DNA of 64,000 nucleotides from Mustelus asterias (taxonomy: Eukaryota), in contig NW_027590224.1 of NCBI RefSeq assembly GCF_964213995.1, positions 434,001 to 498,000 on the forward strand, written 5' to 3'. The translations under genes and the position numbers were made by a program. The first letter of the stretch is position 1. Every line of letters starts with the position of its first letter. The notes under the pieces were generated by a model that saw nothing but the letters and a program-made list of their open reading frames with translations, did no database searches and was not told the origin of the DNA. Of this stretch, positions 1 to 10,109 are shown piece after piece.

Positions 1-105
1 GCAAGTTCCCCTCCAAGCCACTCACTGTCCTGATTTGGAAATATATCGCCATTCCTTAGCAGTCGATGGGTCAAAATCCTGGAATTCTCTCCCTAATGGC
101 ATTGT
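1..105 (+). mobile_element. 3' fragment of a CR1/L2-group LINE
   Basis: Matches the 3' part of the LINE copy at ~11520-11620 (aagttcccctcc..ccactcac..cctga.ttggaaatatat...gggtcaaaatcctgg). Confidence 0.6.
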
Positions 106-109
106 TAAG

Positions 110-400
110 GAGGAAATTCCCCAGGTATCATAAAATCTATTCATTGCAGTCTTGAATATACTCAGTCATGGAGCATCCACAGCTCTCTGGGGTAGAGAAT
201 TCCAGAGATTCGCAACCCTCTGAATGAAGAAATTTCTCCCCATCTTGGTCCAAACAGGCTGCCCCCTTATCCTGCGATTGGGACCCTACTCCATTTCAAA
301 ATCTCAGAATTTTAGATATTTCAGAGAGATCATTCTATCCAATCTAGCCTCATAGGACAATCCTCACATCCCAGAAATTAGACTAGTGAACCTACATTAT
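110..400 (-). mobile_element. Degenerate CR1 LINE 3' fragment
   Basis: agaattccagagattc...ccctctga...gaagaaatttctcc resembles the minus-strand CR1 3' ends at ~9010-9060 and ~24120-24160. Confidence 0.55.
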
Positions 401-1521
401 TCTTGTATATGAAGAATATGAAATACTTTGTTATATCAGTGCAGAAGGAAGCCATTCACCCCTGTTGGGGAAAGAAAATATTCTAGCATTAGAGAAGATT
501 TTAAACCATTAGGTATTTAAGACACTGAACTACCAGCATTGTGTTAAATGATTAAATCAGACTTGTAAGCTAACAAGAGAATAGTTTACACACATGAATG
601 CAGTAAGTGATTATGATTTAAACACGTATTTTGATATTTTAAATGCATTAACTTTTTATTTTGAAGTGATTGTGCATTTTAGCCAAGAGCAAGTTGCTGC
701 AAGGCCTGATAGTACGGGTAATTTCAGACAGAACCACATTCTTAGGAAACAATAAAACCTCAGAATGAGCAAGTTCTTATCAATGGGAATTGCTAGCAGC
801 AAGGTTCTCGGGGCTGTTTATGAATAGAGTTGTTGTTTCAATGGTGAACTGGGAAGTATGAGGGACATCTCAGTATAGTTGAAGAATTATCTTTGGATAA
901 AAATGTTCTGCCAATTCCTGTACGGAAGAAAATTCACATTATTGTCGGACCATCATCCATAATGGGAACTTTTGGACCAAGTACAGGGGTTCCATCACTG
1001 GCAGTGAGCAGAATGCGGAGATGGGCATCACTGTTGTCAGCACATATATATGCTGTCAAGTATTGTCAGTCCAGTCTTCATGGTGATGTAGATGTGCTTT
1101 CCTGGCTACCCTTGCAAACTAGTTTGTCAACAAGTAGTTCAAGCGGAAGCATCCTCTACTTTGAATAGTTAGATAATACTCCTATTGTTTTAGGACAAGT
1201 GAGGAAGTACACCCTGAGTGCTTCGAGGTAAGACCTCAGGAGTAACCTCGTTACTCTTTGAGTAGAAACCATATTCCACTCAAAGACTTGAGTTATCTGT
1301 TTGGGCAGGATGTCTCTTTTGGGGGCTGAGAGTAATTACTCCGACACCATTGAGAGTGTGTTGAACCAATTACACAAGGGCCATTGTGGAATTGAGAATG
1401 AAGGAGATAGCGAGGAGCAATTTCTGGTTGCCTGCATTAGATGCAGAAATAGAGAAATTGGGAACATGCTTCTTGCATGAAGGTGCAACTGTTAGCACCA
1501 TTGCATCCTCAGAAATGGCCA

Positions 1522-1801
1522 GAATCATAGAGTCCCTACAGTGCAGAAGGAGCACATTTAGCCCATCGAGCCTGCACCCCATGTATCCCCCTGACGCTAA
1601 GGGGCAATTTAGCATGGTCAATCCACTTGATCTGCACATCTTTGGGCTGTGGGACGAAACCGGAGCACCCAGAGGAAACCCACACAAATACGGGGAGAAT
1701 GTACAAACCCCGCACAGACAGTGACCCGAGGCCAGAATTGAACCCCCCAGGTCCCTGGCGCTGTGAGGCAGCATTGCTAAGCACTGTGCCACAGTGTTGC
1801 C
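1522..1801 (-). mobile_element. tRNA-derived V-SINE (HE1-like) inserted in the old integrase
   Basis: A/B-box head, V-domain (ttctccccgt..gtgggtttcctc..ggtgctccggtttc) and CR1-like ctatgattc tail. The integrase sequence EWP-KR..QRV resumes on the other side. Confidence 0.85.
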
Positions 1802-2457
1802 CCAAAGAGGCTTAGCAAAGGGTACAAGTTGATTTTGCAGGACCGCTTGAAGGATGATGTTTCTAATTATAATGAATGCTCATTCAAAATGGCCAGAAGT
1901 TGCCTTCATGAAGTCAACTTCACCAGAGAAGATGATTGTAGGACTGGGAGAAATCTTTAGCAGATTAAATTTCCCTGAGGAATTGGTGAGTGATGACAGA
2001 TCAAAGTTTGTCTCTCAAGAATTTGAAAGCTTCTTGGAATACAATATATTCTGCAGCATACCATCTTGCTACGAATGGACTAGCAGAAGATTTGTGCAAA
2101 TGATGAAACATGTTAAAGGCAACCAGGGAATAAGTTTCTTTGACCAAATATTTGAATCAACTCCTGCTCATGTATATACTGCGCACTCAGCGAGAAAAGT
2201 TTCTCCAGTGGTAAAGATGATGAAATGACAATTACATTCGATTTATTAAAATGACCAAAGACAAAATAAATCATCCACAGAAAGCAACAAGGTCAAACTG
2301 AACAGCAGGAAAGCAAAGCAAAACACTGTCTTCCGCCGGGGGCAAGAAATTCTGACCAGAAACTATACAAGAGAAAAATGGGTCCTGCCGTAATCATAGC
2401 ACAGGCTGGACCTGTCTCCTATACTGTCTCGACCTGAGACAATGTCCTTTGGAGGAG

Positions 2458-2753
2458 TGTGGTGAACCATCGTTGGTTCCCACCAGGTAGTACTGAGCCA
2501 GGGTCTGGCCAGTACTATGAGTCTGTATATATGTTGCTGTTGGGGTTAGGGTTGGGTTGTTATACCTGTATTATAGTTATTATGGGACATCCCAGTCGGG
2601 CTCCGCCTCCTGGGAGAGGTATAATGGTCACTGCTCTGTCTGGGACCCTTCAGTCTGGGATCGTGTATTATATATGGTAGCTCTATTGTAGTAGTCAATA
2701 AAAGCCTTTATTTCCTCGAGCATCTCTAGCCTCGTGAGTTATATCGCGCATCA
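2458..2753 (+). repeat. 5' LTR (296 bp)
   Basis: TGTGGTGAACC...GCATCA, with TATA-like motif and AATAAA; direct repeat of 5476-5806. Confidence 0.95.
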
Positions 2754-2813
2754 ATTTTATTGACTACTAATTGAACTCTCGTCGCTAAAAAAAAAGAAAA
2801 CTATACAGAGAGC

Positions 2814-2913
2814 ATGGAGCAAATGCTTAAACCCGAATGTCTTACGCTGGACCCACGTGCGGCGGGCGCCTCCAACACCTTCAACCACTGGTTGAAATGT
2901 TTTCAGGATTACC
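2814..2913 (+). pseudogene. gag: Truncated gag N-terminus (MEQMLKPECLTLDP...FNHWLKCFQDY) fused out of frame to pol
   Basis: ATG 60 nt after the LTR, Gypsy gag-like start, abrupt junction to the pre-RT sequence near 2913. Confidence 0.6.
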
Positions 2914-2937
2914 ACACCCTCCCTATTCCAGAATCTT

Positions 2938-5408
2938 GTGCCAGGCTGCAAGCCCATCGCAACGAAGAGTAGGCGTTACAGCGCTGAGGATCAGATCTTC
3001 ATTCGATCTGAGGTTCAGCGGCTCCTCAAGGAAGGGATCATACAACCTAGCGCTAGTCCTTGGAGAGCGCAGGTCGTGGTGGTCAAGAGTGGGAACAAAC
3101 CCCGGATGGTCATTGACTATAGTCAGACCATTAACAGATACACGCAGCTGGATGCGTATCCCCTCCCGCGCATTTCTGACATGGTCAACCAGATTGCGCA
3201 GTACCGGGTGTTCTCCACCATCGACCTAAAGTCTGCCTACCACCAGCTCCCCATTCGCCCAGAGGACCGACAATACACAGCTTTTGAGGCGGATGGTCGC
3301 TTGTACCATTTTCTAAGGGTTCCTTTTGGTGTCACCAATGGGGTCTCGGTCTTCCAGCGTGCTATGGACCGAATGGTGGACCATAACGGACTGCGGGCTA
3401 CCTTCCCGTACCTGGATAACGTCACCATCTGCGGCCATGACCAGCAGGACCATGATACCAACCTTCTTAGTTTCCTACGCACTGCATCTCACCTGAATCT
3501 GACCTACAACAGGGAGAAGTGTGTATTTCGCACGCGCCGCCTAGCAATCCTCGGATACGTGGTGGAAAACGGGGTCATTGGCCCTGATCCAGACCGTATG
3601 CATCCCCCCCTCGAACTTCCCCTGCTCACTAGCGCAAAAGCACTGAGAAGATGCTTAGGCTTCTTCTCTTACTACGCACAGTGGGTTCCCAATTACGCGG
3701 ACAAAGCCCGTCCGCTCATCAAGTCTACCTCTTTTCCCCTAGCAACAGAGGCTCGTTTGGCCTTTGAAAAACTAAAAGCCGACATTGCGAAAGCCAAGAT
3801 GCACGCTATCGATGAGTCCATCCCCTTCCAGGTGGAGAGCGATGCATCTGATTTCGCCCTGGCCGCCACACTTAACCAGGCGGGCAGGCCCGTCGCCTTT
3901 TTTTCTTGCACCCTCCAAGGCCCCGAAATTCGACATTCAGCGGTGGAAAAGGAGGCCCAGGCCATTGTGGAGGCCATCCGGCATTGGCGCCATTACTTGG
4001 CGGGAAAACGGTTCACCCTGATCACGGTCCAGCGGTCCGTGGCGTTCATGTTCAATAATACGTTACGGGGCAAGATCAAGAACGATAAGATCTTGAGGTG
4101 GAGAATCGAACTCTCCACCTATAATTACGACATCATGTATCGTCCAGGGAAACTCAGTGAGCCCTCGGATGCCCTGTCGCGTGGAACATGCGCCAGTATG
4201 CAGGAGAATCGTTTGCAGACTCTCCACAATGACCTCTGCCATCCAGGGGTCACTCGGCTCTACCACTTCGTAAAAGCCCGGAACCTACCCTACTCGGTGG
4301 AGGATGTCAGGTCCATAACTAGAAGCTGCCGGGTATGCGCGGAATGCAAACCGCACTTTTACCGATCTGACAGGGCACAACTCGTAAAGGCCACTCGTCC
4401 CTTCGAAAGACTGAGTGTGGACTTTAAGGGCCCCCCTTCCCTCGACAGATCGGAATGTGTACTTCCTCAATATCATTGAGTACTCACGATTCCCTTTTGT
4501 CATTCCCTGCTCTGATACGACCGCTGCCACGGTTATCAAGGCATTTTGTGGTCTTTTCACCCTGTTCGGGTACCACTGTTACATCCACAGTGATAGGGGC
4601 TCGTCGTTCATGAGCGATGACTTGAGGCAATACCTGCTCTCATATGGAATTGCCTCTAGTAGAACCATGAGCTACAACCCTAGGGGTAACGGACAGGTGG
4701 AACGTGAGAATGCTACAGTCTGGAAGGCTGTCTTACTGGCGTTGAAGTCAAAAAGTCTTCCAGTCTCCCATTGGCAAGAGGTGCTCCCTGATGCGCTCCA
4801 CTCCATATGCTCACTCCTGTGTACGGCAACCAACGCTACTCCCTATGAGAGACTGTTTTCATTCCCTCGGAAGTCTTCCTCTGGGACCTCATTATCGTCT
4901 TGGTTGACGTACTCAGGACCTGTCCTCCTGCGGCGACATGTTAGGGCCCGCAAGTCAGACCCTTTGGTTGAACAGGTCCATCTCCTCCACGCCAACCCTC
5001 AGTATGCCTATGTGGCATACCCTGATGGGCGAGAGGACATGGTCTCGATTCGAGACCTGGCGCCAGCAGGGGGCTTGGAAACCCCTGTCGCCCCCATACC
5101 TCCTGTTAGAGACCCCCCAACTATTGTTTCCCCTCCTGACACAGCGCGGGCAGCATCGGGACCATCACTTAACCCTTTTACTCCCGTGTACAGCTTGCCT
5201 GAGTCCAGGAGATGGTCGCCACTTCAAGGCGTGTCCGAGCTCAGTGGATTGTCACCACCTCAGGGTCAACCGGCCCGTGAGACATTGGAGGAGCCGTTGG
5301 ACACCACCTTGGGGAGAACGCCACCCCGAGTGCCTACTCCAGTGTCATCGTCAGTGTTGAGGAGGTCACAACGACGGTGCGGTCCCCCTGACCGTCTGAA
5401 CTTATATA
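2938..5408 (+). pseudogene. pol: Gypsy pol (RT, RNase H, integrase), frameshifted near 4430
   Basis: RT motifs (RMVIDYS, DLKSAYHQ, PFGVTNG, YLDN); RNase H (DASD, EKEA); HHCC (LHNDLCH..CRVC); DDE (VDFKGP, HSDRG, QVERE). Split between ORFs 2938-4479 and 4415-5602. Confidence 0.9.
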
Positions 5409-5475
5409 CTGATGACCAATTGTTCTGTGTTTTTTTTTGTACCCCACCGGCCTTTGTCTTCAAAGGAGGGGTGAA

Positions 5476-5806
5476 TGTGGTGAACCATCGTTGGTTCCCA
5501 CCAGGTAGTACTGAGCCAGGGTCTGGCCAGTACTATGAGTCTGTATATATGTTGCTGTTGGGGTTAGGGTTGGGTTGTTATACATGTTACTGTTGGGGTT
5601 AGGGTTGGGCTGTTCTACCTGTATTATAGTTATTATGGTACATCCCAGTCGGGCTCCGGCTCCTGGGAGAGGTATAAAGGTCACTGCTCTGTCTGGGACC
5701 CTTCAGTCTGGGATCGTGTACTATATATGGTAGCTCTATTGTAGTCGTCAATAAAAGCCTTTATTTCCTCGAGCATCTCTAGCCTCGTGAGTTATATCGC
5801 GCATCA
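5476..5806 (+). repeat. 3' LTR (331 bp, with an extra 35-bp tandem unit)
   Basis: Direct repeat of the 5' LTR, preceded by the PPT. Confidence 0.95.
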
Positions 5807-6519
5807 AGGAGGCACGCGGATAAACTGTTGGCGGGGAGAACCAATCCATCAGGGGAAGAACCTGCAGTGAGTATGAATCCAACTGTGCCGAGTTACAACC
5901 AGAACCTTCCCAAAAATCTGACACTGACAGAACCGACTGGGGAAGACAGCATCTCAATTGCAGAACAAGCACCGAGTTAACCTCTAGTCACAACGTTGAC
6001 TCCAGTCAAACCAACTATTGATGACATTCATATCTAGCCGAAAATGCCAGAGGTTACAGTAATTGTCAAAAAGCAGGTGCCTGAGATTCATCGGCAACCA
6101 TTCAGAGAACAATGACCTCAATCATCTGACAAATTGATAGTTCATGTTTAATGTGTTTGAGATGTTTGATTTAAAAGGGGAAATGTTGTATATTTATAGT
6201 ATTTACAGCTGCTATTTCTAAGCAGCATTGAAGCCAAACTGAGTACTTTAAGATTATGCATGCATGACGCAATTGGAGGTGATGTTATAGACCGTGAGCG
6301 CGGGTAACTGCAGAGTAAGAGCACAGCCTGTAGTGAACACCTCCTTAATAAAGCTCTTTAATTTGTTGAACCTCATGGTTTCCTACCGTCAATTCTTCAA
6401 ACACCACACTAACTCCCCCAGCCTCTCTCACGTTCCCATTCCCATCTCACTAGCCTGGGAACCTTGAACCGCTCACCTCCACATCTGGAAACCTTCATTC
6501 ACTCTATTACCTCTGCTTG

Positions 6520-6812
6520 GTGCGGTAGCACAGTGGTTAGCACTGCTGCCTCACAGCGTCAGGGACCCGGGTTTGATTCCTGGCTTGGGTCTGTGTGGAG
6601 TCTGTATGTTCTCCCCGTGTCTGCGTGGGTTTCCTCCGGGTGCTCCGGTTTCCTCCCACAGTCCGAAAGACGTGCTGGTTAGGTGCATTGGCCATGCTAA
6701 ATTCTCCCTCAGTGTACCCGAACAGGCGCCAGAGTGTGGCGACTAGGGGGTTTTCACAATAACTTCATTGCAGTGTTAACGTAAGCCTACTTGTGACATT
6801 AATAAATAAACT
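6520..6812 (+). mobile_element. V-SINE (variant with aataaataaactt tail)
   Basis: tRNA head (cagtggttagc...gggtttgattcc) plus V-domain. Confidence 0.85.
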
Positions 6813-6884
6813 TCAAAATCACTCGCTGCCTCTCGCCTGGAGCCCTCCATTCGCTCTGCTGCTGGTCTGGGATCCGCTGCCTAG

Positions 6885-7030
6885 TAAGAAGTCTCAACAC
6901 CAGGTTAAAGTCCAACAGGTTTATTTGGCGGCACAAGCTTTCGGAGTCTCGCTCCTTCATCAGGTGAGTGAGGACTTGTGTTCACAAACAGGGCATATAC
7001 AGACACAAACTCAATTTACAAGATAATGGC
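6885..7030 (-). mobile_element. Penelope-like element terminal (pLTR) fragment carrying a minimal hammerhead ribozyme
   Basis: Minus strand reads cacCTGATGAaggagcgagactccGAAAgcttgtg...aaataaacctgttggactttaacctggtgttg. Confidence 0.65.
6932..6966 (-). ncRNA. Minimal type I hammerhead ribozyme motif
   Basis: CUGAUGA core, stem II GGAG/CUCC, GAAA, palindromic AAGCUU helix III, stem I CAC/GUG. Confidence 0.6.
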
Positions 7031-7231
7031 TGCCTCACTCGGGACTGGTGCTTGCCATGACTGTCTCTCGCTCGCCTGCTGCTGGGGTGCAACCATTTGA
7101 ATTTTCCTTCTTGGTAACTAACTTACCCTCCAGCTCTTTGCCTTCTGTCTTGCTGCCTTCAGGGATCTTTGGACATGCGCCCCAAGCTCCCTCTGGTCCT
7201 CTATATTTCCTAGCATCCTACGATTCACTGT

Positions 7232-7570
7232 TTACTCCCTTGCCTCGTTAGTCCTCCCAAAAGGCATCACCTCACACTTTTCAGGGTTAAATTCCATTTG
7301 CCACTGTTCTGCCCAGCTGACCAGCCCGTCTATATCCTCCTGCAATCTAAAGCTTTCCTCTTTGCTATTGACCACACCACCTATTTTTGTGTCATCTGCG
7401 AATTTACTGTTCATACCACAGTCCAAAAGACATGCTGGTTGGGTGCATTGGCCATGCTAAATTCTCCCTCAGTGTACCGAATAGGTGCTGGAGTGTGGCG
7501 ATTCGGGGATTTTCACAGTAACTTCATTGCAGTGTTAATGTAAGCCGACTTGTGACACTAATAAATAAAC
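7232..7570. mobile_element. CR1 RT fragment (minus; KFADDTKIGG) joined to the 3' half of a V-SINE (plus)
   Basis: ORF 7232-7426 is CR1 RT; 7418-7570 matches the SINE 3' part at 6655-6812. Confidence 0.75.
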
Positions 7571-7999
7571 TGAGTTTAATAAGTTCTATTTTTTTCAATA
7601 GAGAAGTGTCAGTCTGAGATACTTCAATACACTTACAAACAGGTGAGATTGACAATTCTCATTTCATATCCAGTGCTCTCGAGGACAATGTTTGGAAAAA
7701 CGCATTAAATGACCGAACAGATAAATGGTGCAAGAGGAAATACACAAACATTGAGTAAACCCTGAGCTGCTGCACTAAGGCAAGTCTCAGTTACCTGTAC
7801 AGGTACATTATCCTGCACTCCCCACTCTTCACTTTCAAAAGCAAATTGGATAAATCATTAACAGGAAGGATAATTTCAGGGAGCAAAAAAGGATTTCAGG
7901 AACAGATTTGTCCTTGGGAGTGATAAAGTCATTTCACAGTAACTTAACTGCAGTGTTAATGTAAGCCTACTTGTGAAACTAATAAACTTTAAAAAACAC

Positions 8000-8390
8000 A
8001 TTCACATCTAGACCATTAATGTACATTACAAACCACAAAGGACCCAGCACTGATCCCTACGGTACACCACTGGACACAGGTTTCCAGTCACAAAAACAAC
8101 CTTTGACCATCATCCTTTGCCTCCTGCCACTATGCCAATTTTGGATCCAAACTGCCCACAATCCTGTGGGCTCTTACCTTCTTGATTAGTATCCTGCATG
8201 GAACCTTGTCAAAGGCCCTTCTGAAGTCGATGTAGACCACATCAACAGCATTGCCCTATCTACATACCGAATCACCTCCCTGAAAAATTCAATCAAATTT
8301 GTTTCATTGCTGTTAAGGAGGGAGTTCCAGGATTTTATCTCAGCGACAGTGAAAGAACGCCTGACATATTTCCAAGTCAGGATGGTGAAT
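8000..8390 (-). mobile_element. Degenerate CR1/L2 LINE fragments
   Basis: Antisense RT motifs (DFxKAFDKVP; GVPxGSVLGP). Confidence 0.6.
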
Positions 8391-8517
8391 GACCCATTTC
8401 CCTCATTTAATCAGTGACTTTGTAATTATTTTAACACCATTCAGCTATCAAGTTTCTCCCCACTGCTAAACATCCTTATGAACAGGATCATCTGCCCACC
8501 TTCTAAACTCTGTTATT

Positions 8518-9220
8518 TCATAAGAACATAAGAACTAGGGGCAGGAGTAGGCCATCTGGCCCCTTCAGCCTGCTCCACCATTCAATAAGATAGAACATAG
8601 AACAGCACAGTACAGACCCTTCGGCCCACAATGTTGTGCCGAGCTTTATCTGAAACCAAGATCAAGCTATCCCACTCCCTATCATCCTGGTGTGCTCCAT
8701 GTGCCTATCCAATAACCGCTTAAATGTTCCTAAAGTGTCTGACTCCACTATCACTGCAGGCAGTCCATTCCACACCCCAACCACTCTCTGCGTAAAGAAC
8801 CTACCTCTGATATCCTTCCTATATCTCCCACCATGAACCCTACAGTTATGCCCCCTTGTAATAGCTCCATCCACCCATGGCTGATCTTTTCGTGGGCTCA
8901 GTTCCACTTACCTGCCCGCTCATTATGACGCTTAATTCCTTTACTTTTCAAAAATCTATATATCCTTGCCTTAAAAACATTCAATAAGGTAGCCTCAACT
9001 GCTTCACTGGGCAGCGAATTCCACAGATTCACAATCCTTTGGCTGAAGAAGTTCCTCCTCAACTCAGTCCTAAATCTGCTCCTCTTTATTTTGAAGCCAT
9101 GCCCCCTAGTTCTAGTTTCACCCGCCAATGGAAACAACTTCCCTGTTTCTATCTTATCTATTCCCTTCATAATCTTATATGTTTCTATAAGATCTCCCCT
9201 CATTCTTCTGAATTCCAATG
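8518..9220 (-). mobile_element. CR1 3' end with a second CR1 3' end (~8591-8875) nested inside it
   Basis: ORFs 8898-9218 and 8662-8907 are CR1 ORF2 C-termini; two separate tails, (cttatgtt)n and (ctatgtt)n. Confidence 0.85.
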
Positions 9221-9279
9221 ATCACAACAGTAACAGTGGAACATAGTCAAAATCCATCAAACTGCTACAGGGTCAGTGT

Positions 9280-9293
9280 CCACCAGAGGGCGG
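9280..9293 (+). promoter_or_regulatory. Candidate CTCF site
   Basis: CCACCAGAGGGCGG matches the CCASYAGRKGGCRS core exactly. Confidence 0.4.
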
Positions 9294-9368
9294 TCATGAG
9301 CACAGCCCACACACAATCTGATTGTAATATAATGATGGGTCCTTGTTGCATTGTCTGCTGATGCTTCA

Positions 9369-9826
9369 CCCTGAGCTGCGGCACTCCCTCAGTACTGACC
9401 CTCTGACAGTGCGGCACTCCCTCAGTACTGACCCTCTGACAGTGCGGCACTCCCTCAGTACTGACCCACTGACAGTGCGGCACTCCCTCAGTACTGACCC
9501 TCTGACAGTGCTGCACTCCCTCAGTACTGACCCTCTGACAGTGCGGCACTCCCTCAGTACTGACCCTCTGACGGTGCGGCACTCCCTCAGTACTGACCTT
9601 CTGACAGTGCGGCACTCCCTCAGTACTGACCCTCTGACAGTGCGGCACTCCCTCAGTACTGACCCTCTGACGGTGCGGCACTCCCTCAGTGCTGACCCTC
9701 TGACAGTGCAGCACTCCCTCAGTACTGGCCCTCTGACAGTGCAGCACTCCCTCAGTACTGACCCTCTGACAGTGCAGCACTTCCTCGGCACCGACCCTCT
9801 GACAATGCAGCACTCTCTCTGTACTG
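9369..9826 (-). repeat. 33-bp minisatellite, ~14 copies, same monomer as the 30-63.5 kb array but opposite orientation
   Basis: (cactccctcagtactgaccctctgacagtgcgg)n. Confidence 0.95.
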
Positions 9827-9910
9827 ATACTCGGATGTCAGTCTGAATTTTGTGCTCAGCTCCCTGGAGTGACTCTGTGAACCCAGGACATTCAGACTCT
9901 GAACCACAGG
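9827..9910 (-). mobile_element. 5' head of a DeuSINE (SacSINE1/AmnSINE-like) running directly into the minisatellite
   Basis: Minus strand: gggttcacagagtcactccagggagctgagcacaaaattcagactgac..cagtacagagagagtgctgcattgtc, resembling the DeuSINE B-box/Deu-domain entry (recalled consensus). Confidence 0.65.
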
Positions 9911-10109
9911 GGAGCCGTGATGTTGGGGGAGGTTTCTGTCCCTCACACCGCCCGCTCTTGACTACACTCTGTAAGAGACAGGGGAACAGGCAGGACTCTC
10001 TATCATATTCTGGGAACCATTTATACCCATCAGAAATATGAGCAGGAAGAGGCCATTCAGCCCCTCAAGCTTCCTCCATCATTCAATAAGAACATCAGTA
10101 ATCGAAATG

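Larger units (their letters stand above)
2458..5806 (+). mobile_element. Young Ty3/Gypsy LTR retrotransposon, internally deleted (most of gag and protease missing)
   Basis: TG...CA LTRs at 2458-2753 and 5476-5806; 5-bp TSD AGGAG (2453-2457, 5807-5811); PPT aaaggaggggtgaa 5462-5475; RT-RNase H-integrase order. Confidence 0.95.
430..6408 (+). mobile_element. Old, degenerate Ty3/Gypsy LTR retrotransposon (pol remnants plus 3' LTR ~6184-6408), interrupted by a SINE and a younger Gypsy
   Basis: RNase H end (RMRRWASLLSAH...DVLSWLPL, 893-1168); integrase Zn region (RMKEIARSNFWLPALDAEIE); core (VDFAGP..MMFLIIMNAHSKWPEV); integrase tail WRRHADKLL split across 2457/5807; PPT aaaaggggaaa followed by TGTTG..AATAAA..ACA. 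Confidence 0.75.

Noticed and set aside
2542-2556. Interstitial telomere (TTAGGG)
   Set aside because: A single hexamer inside an LTR unit, not an array.
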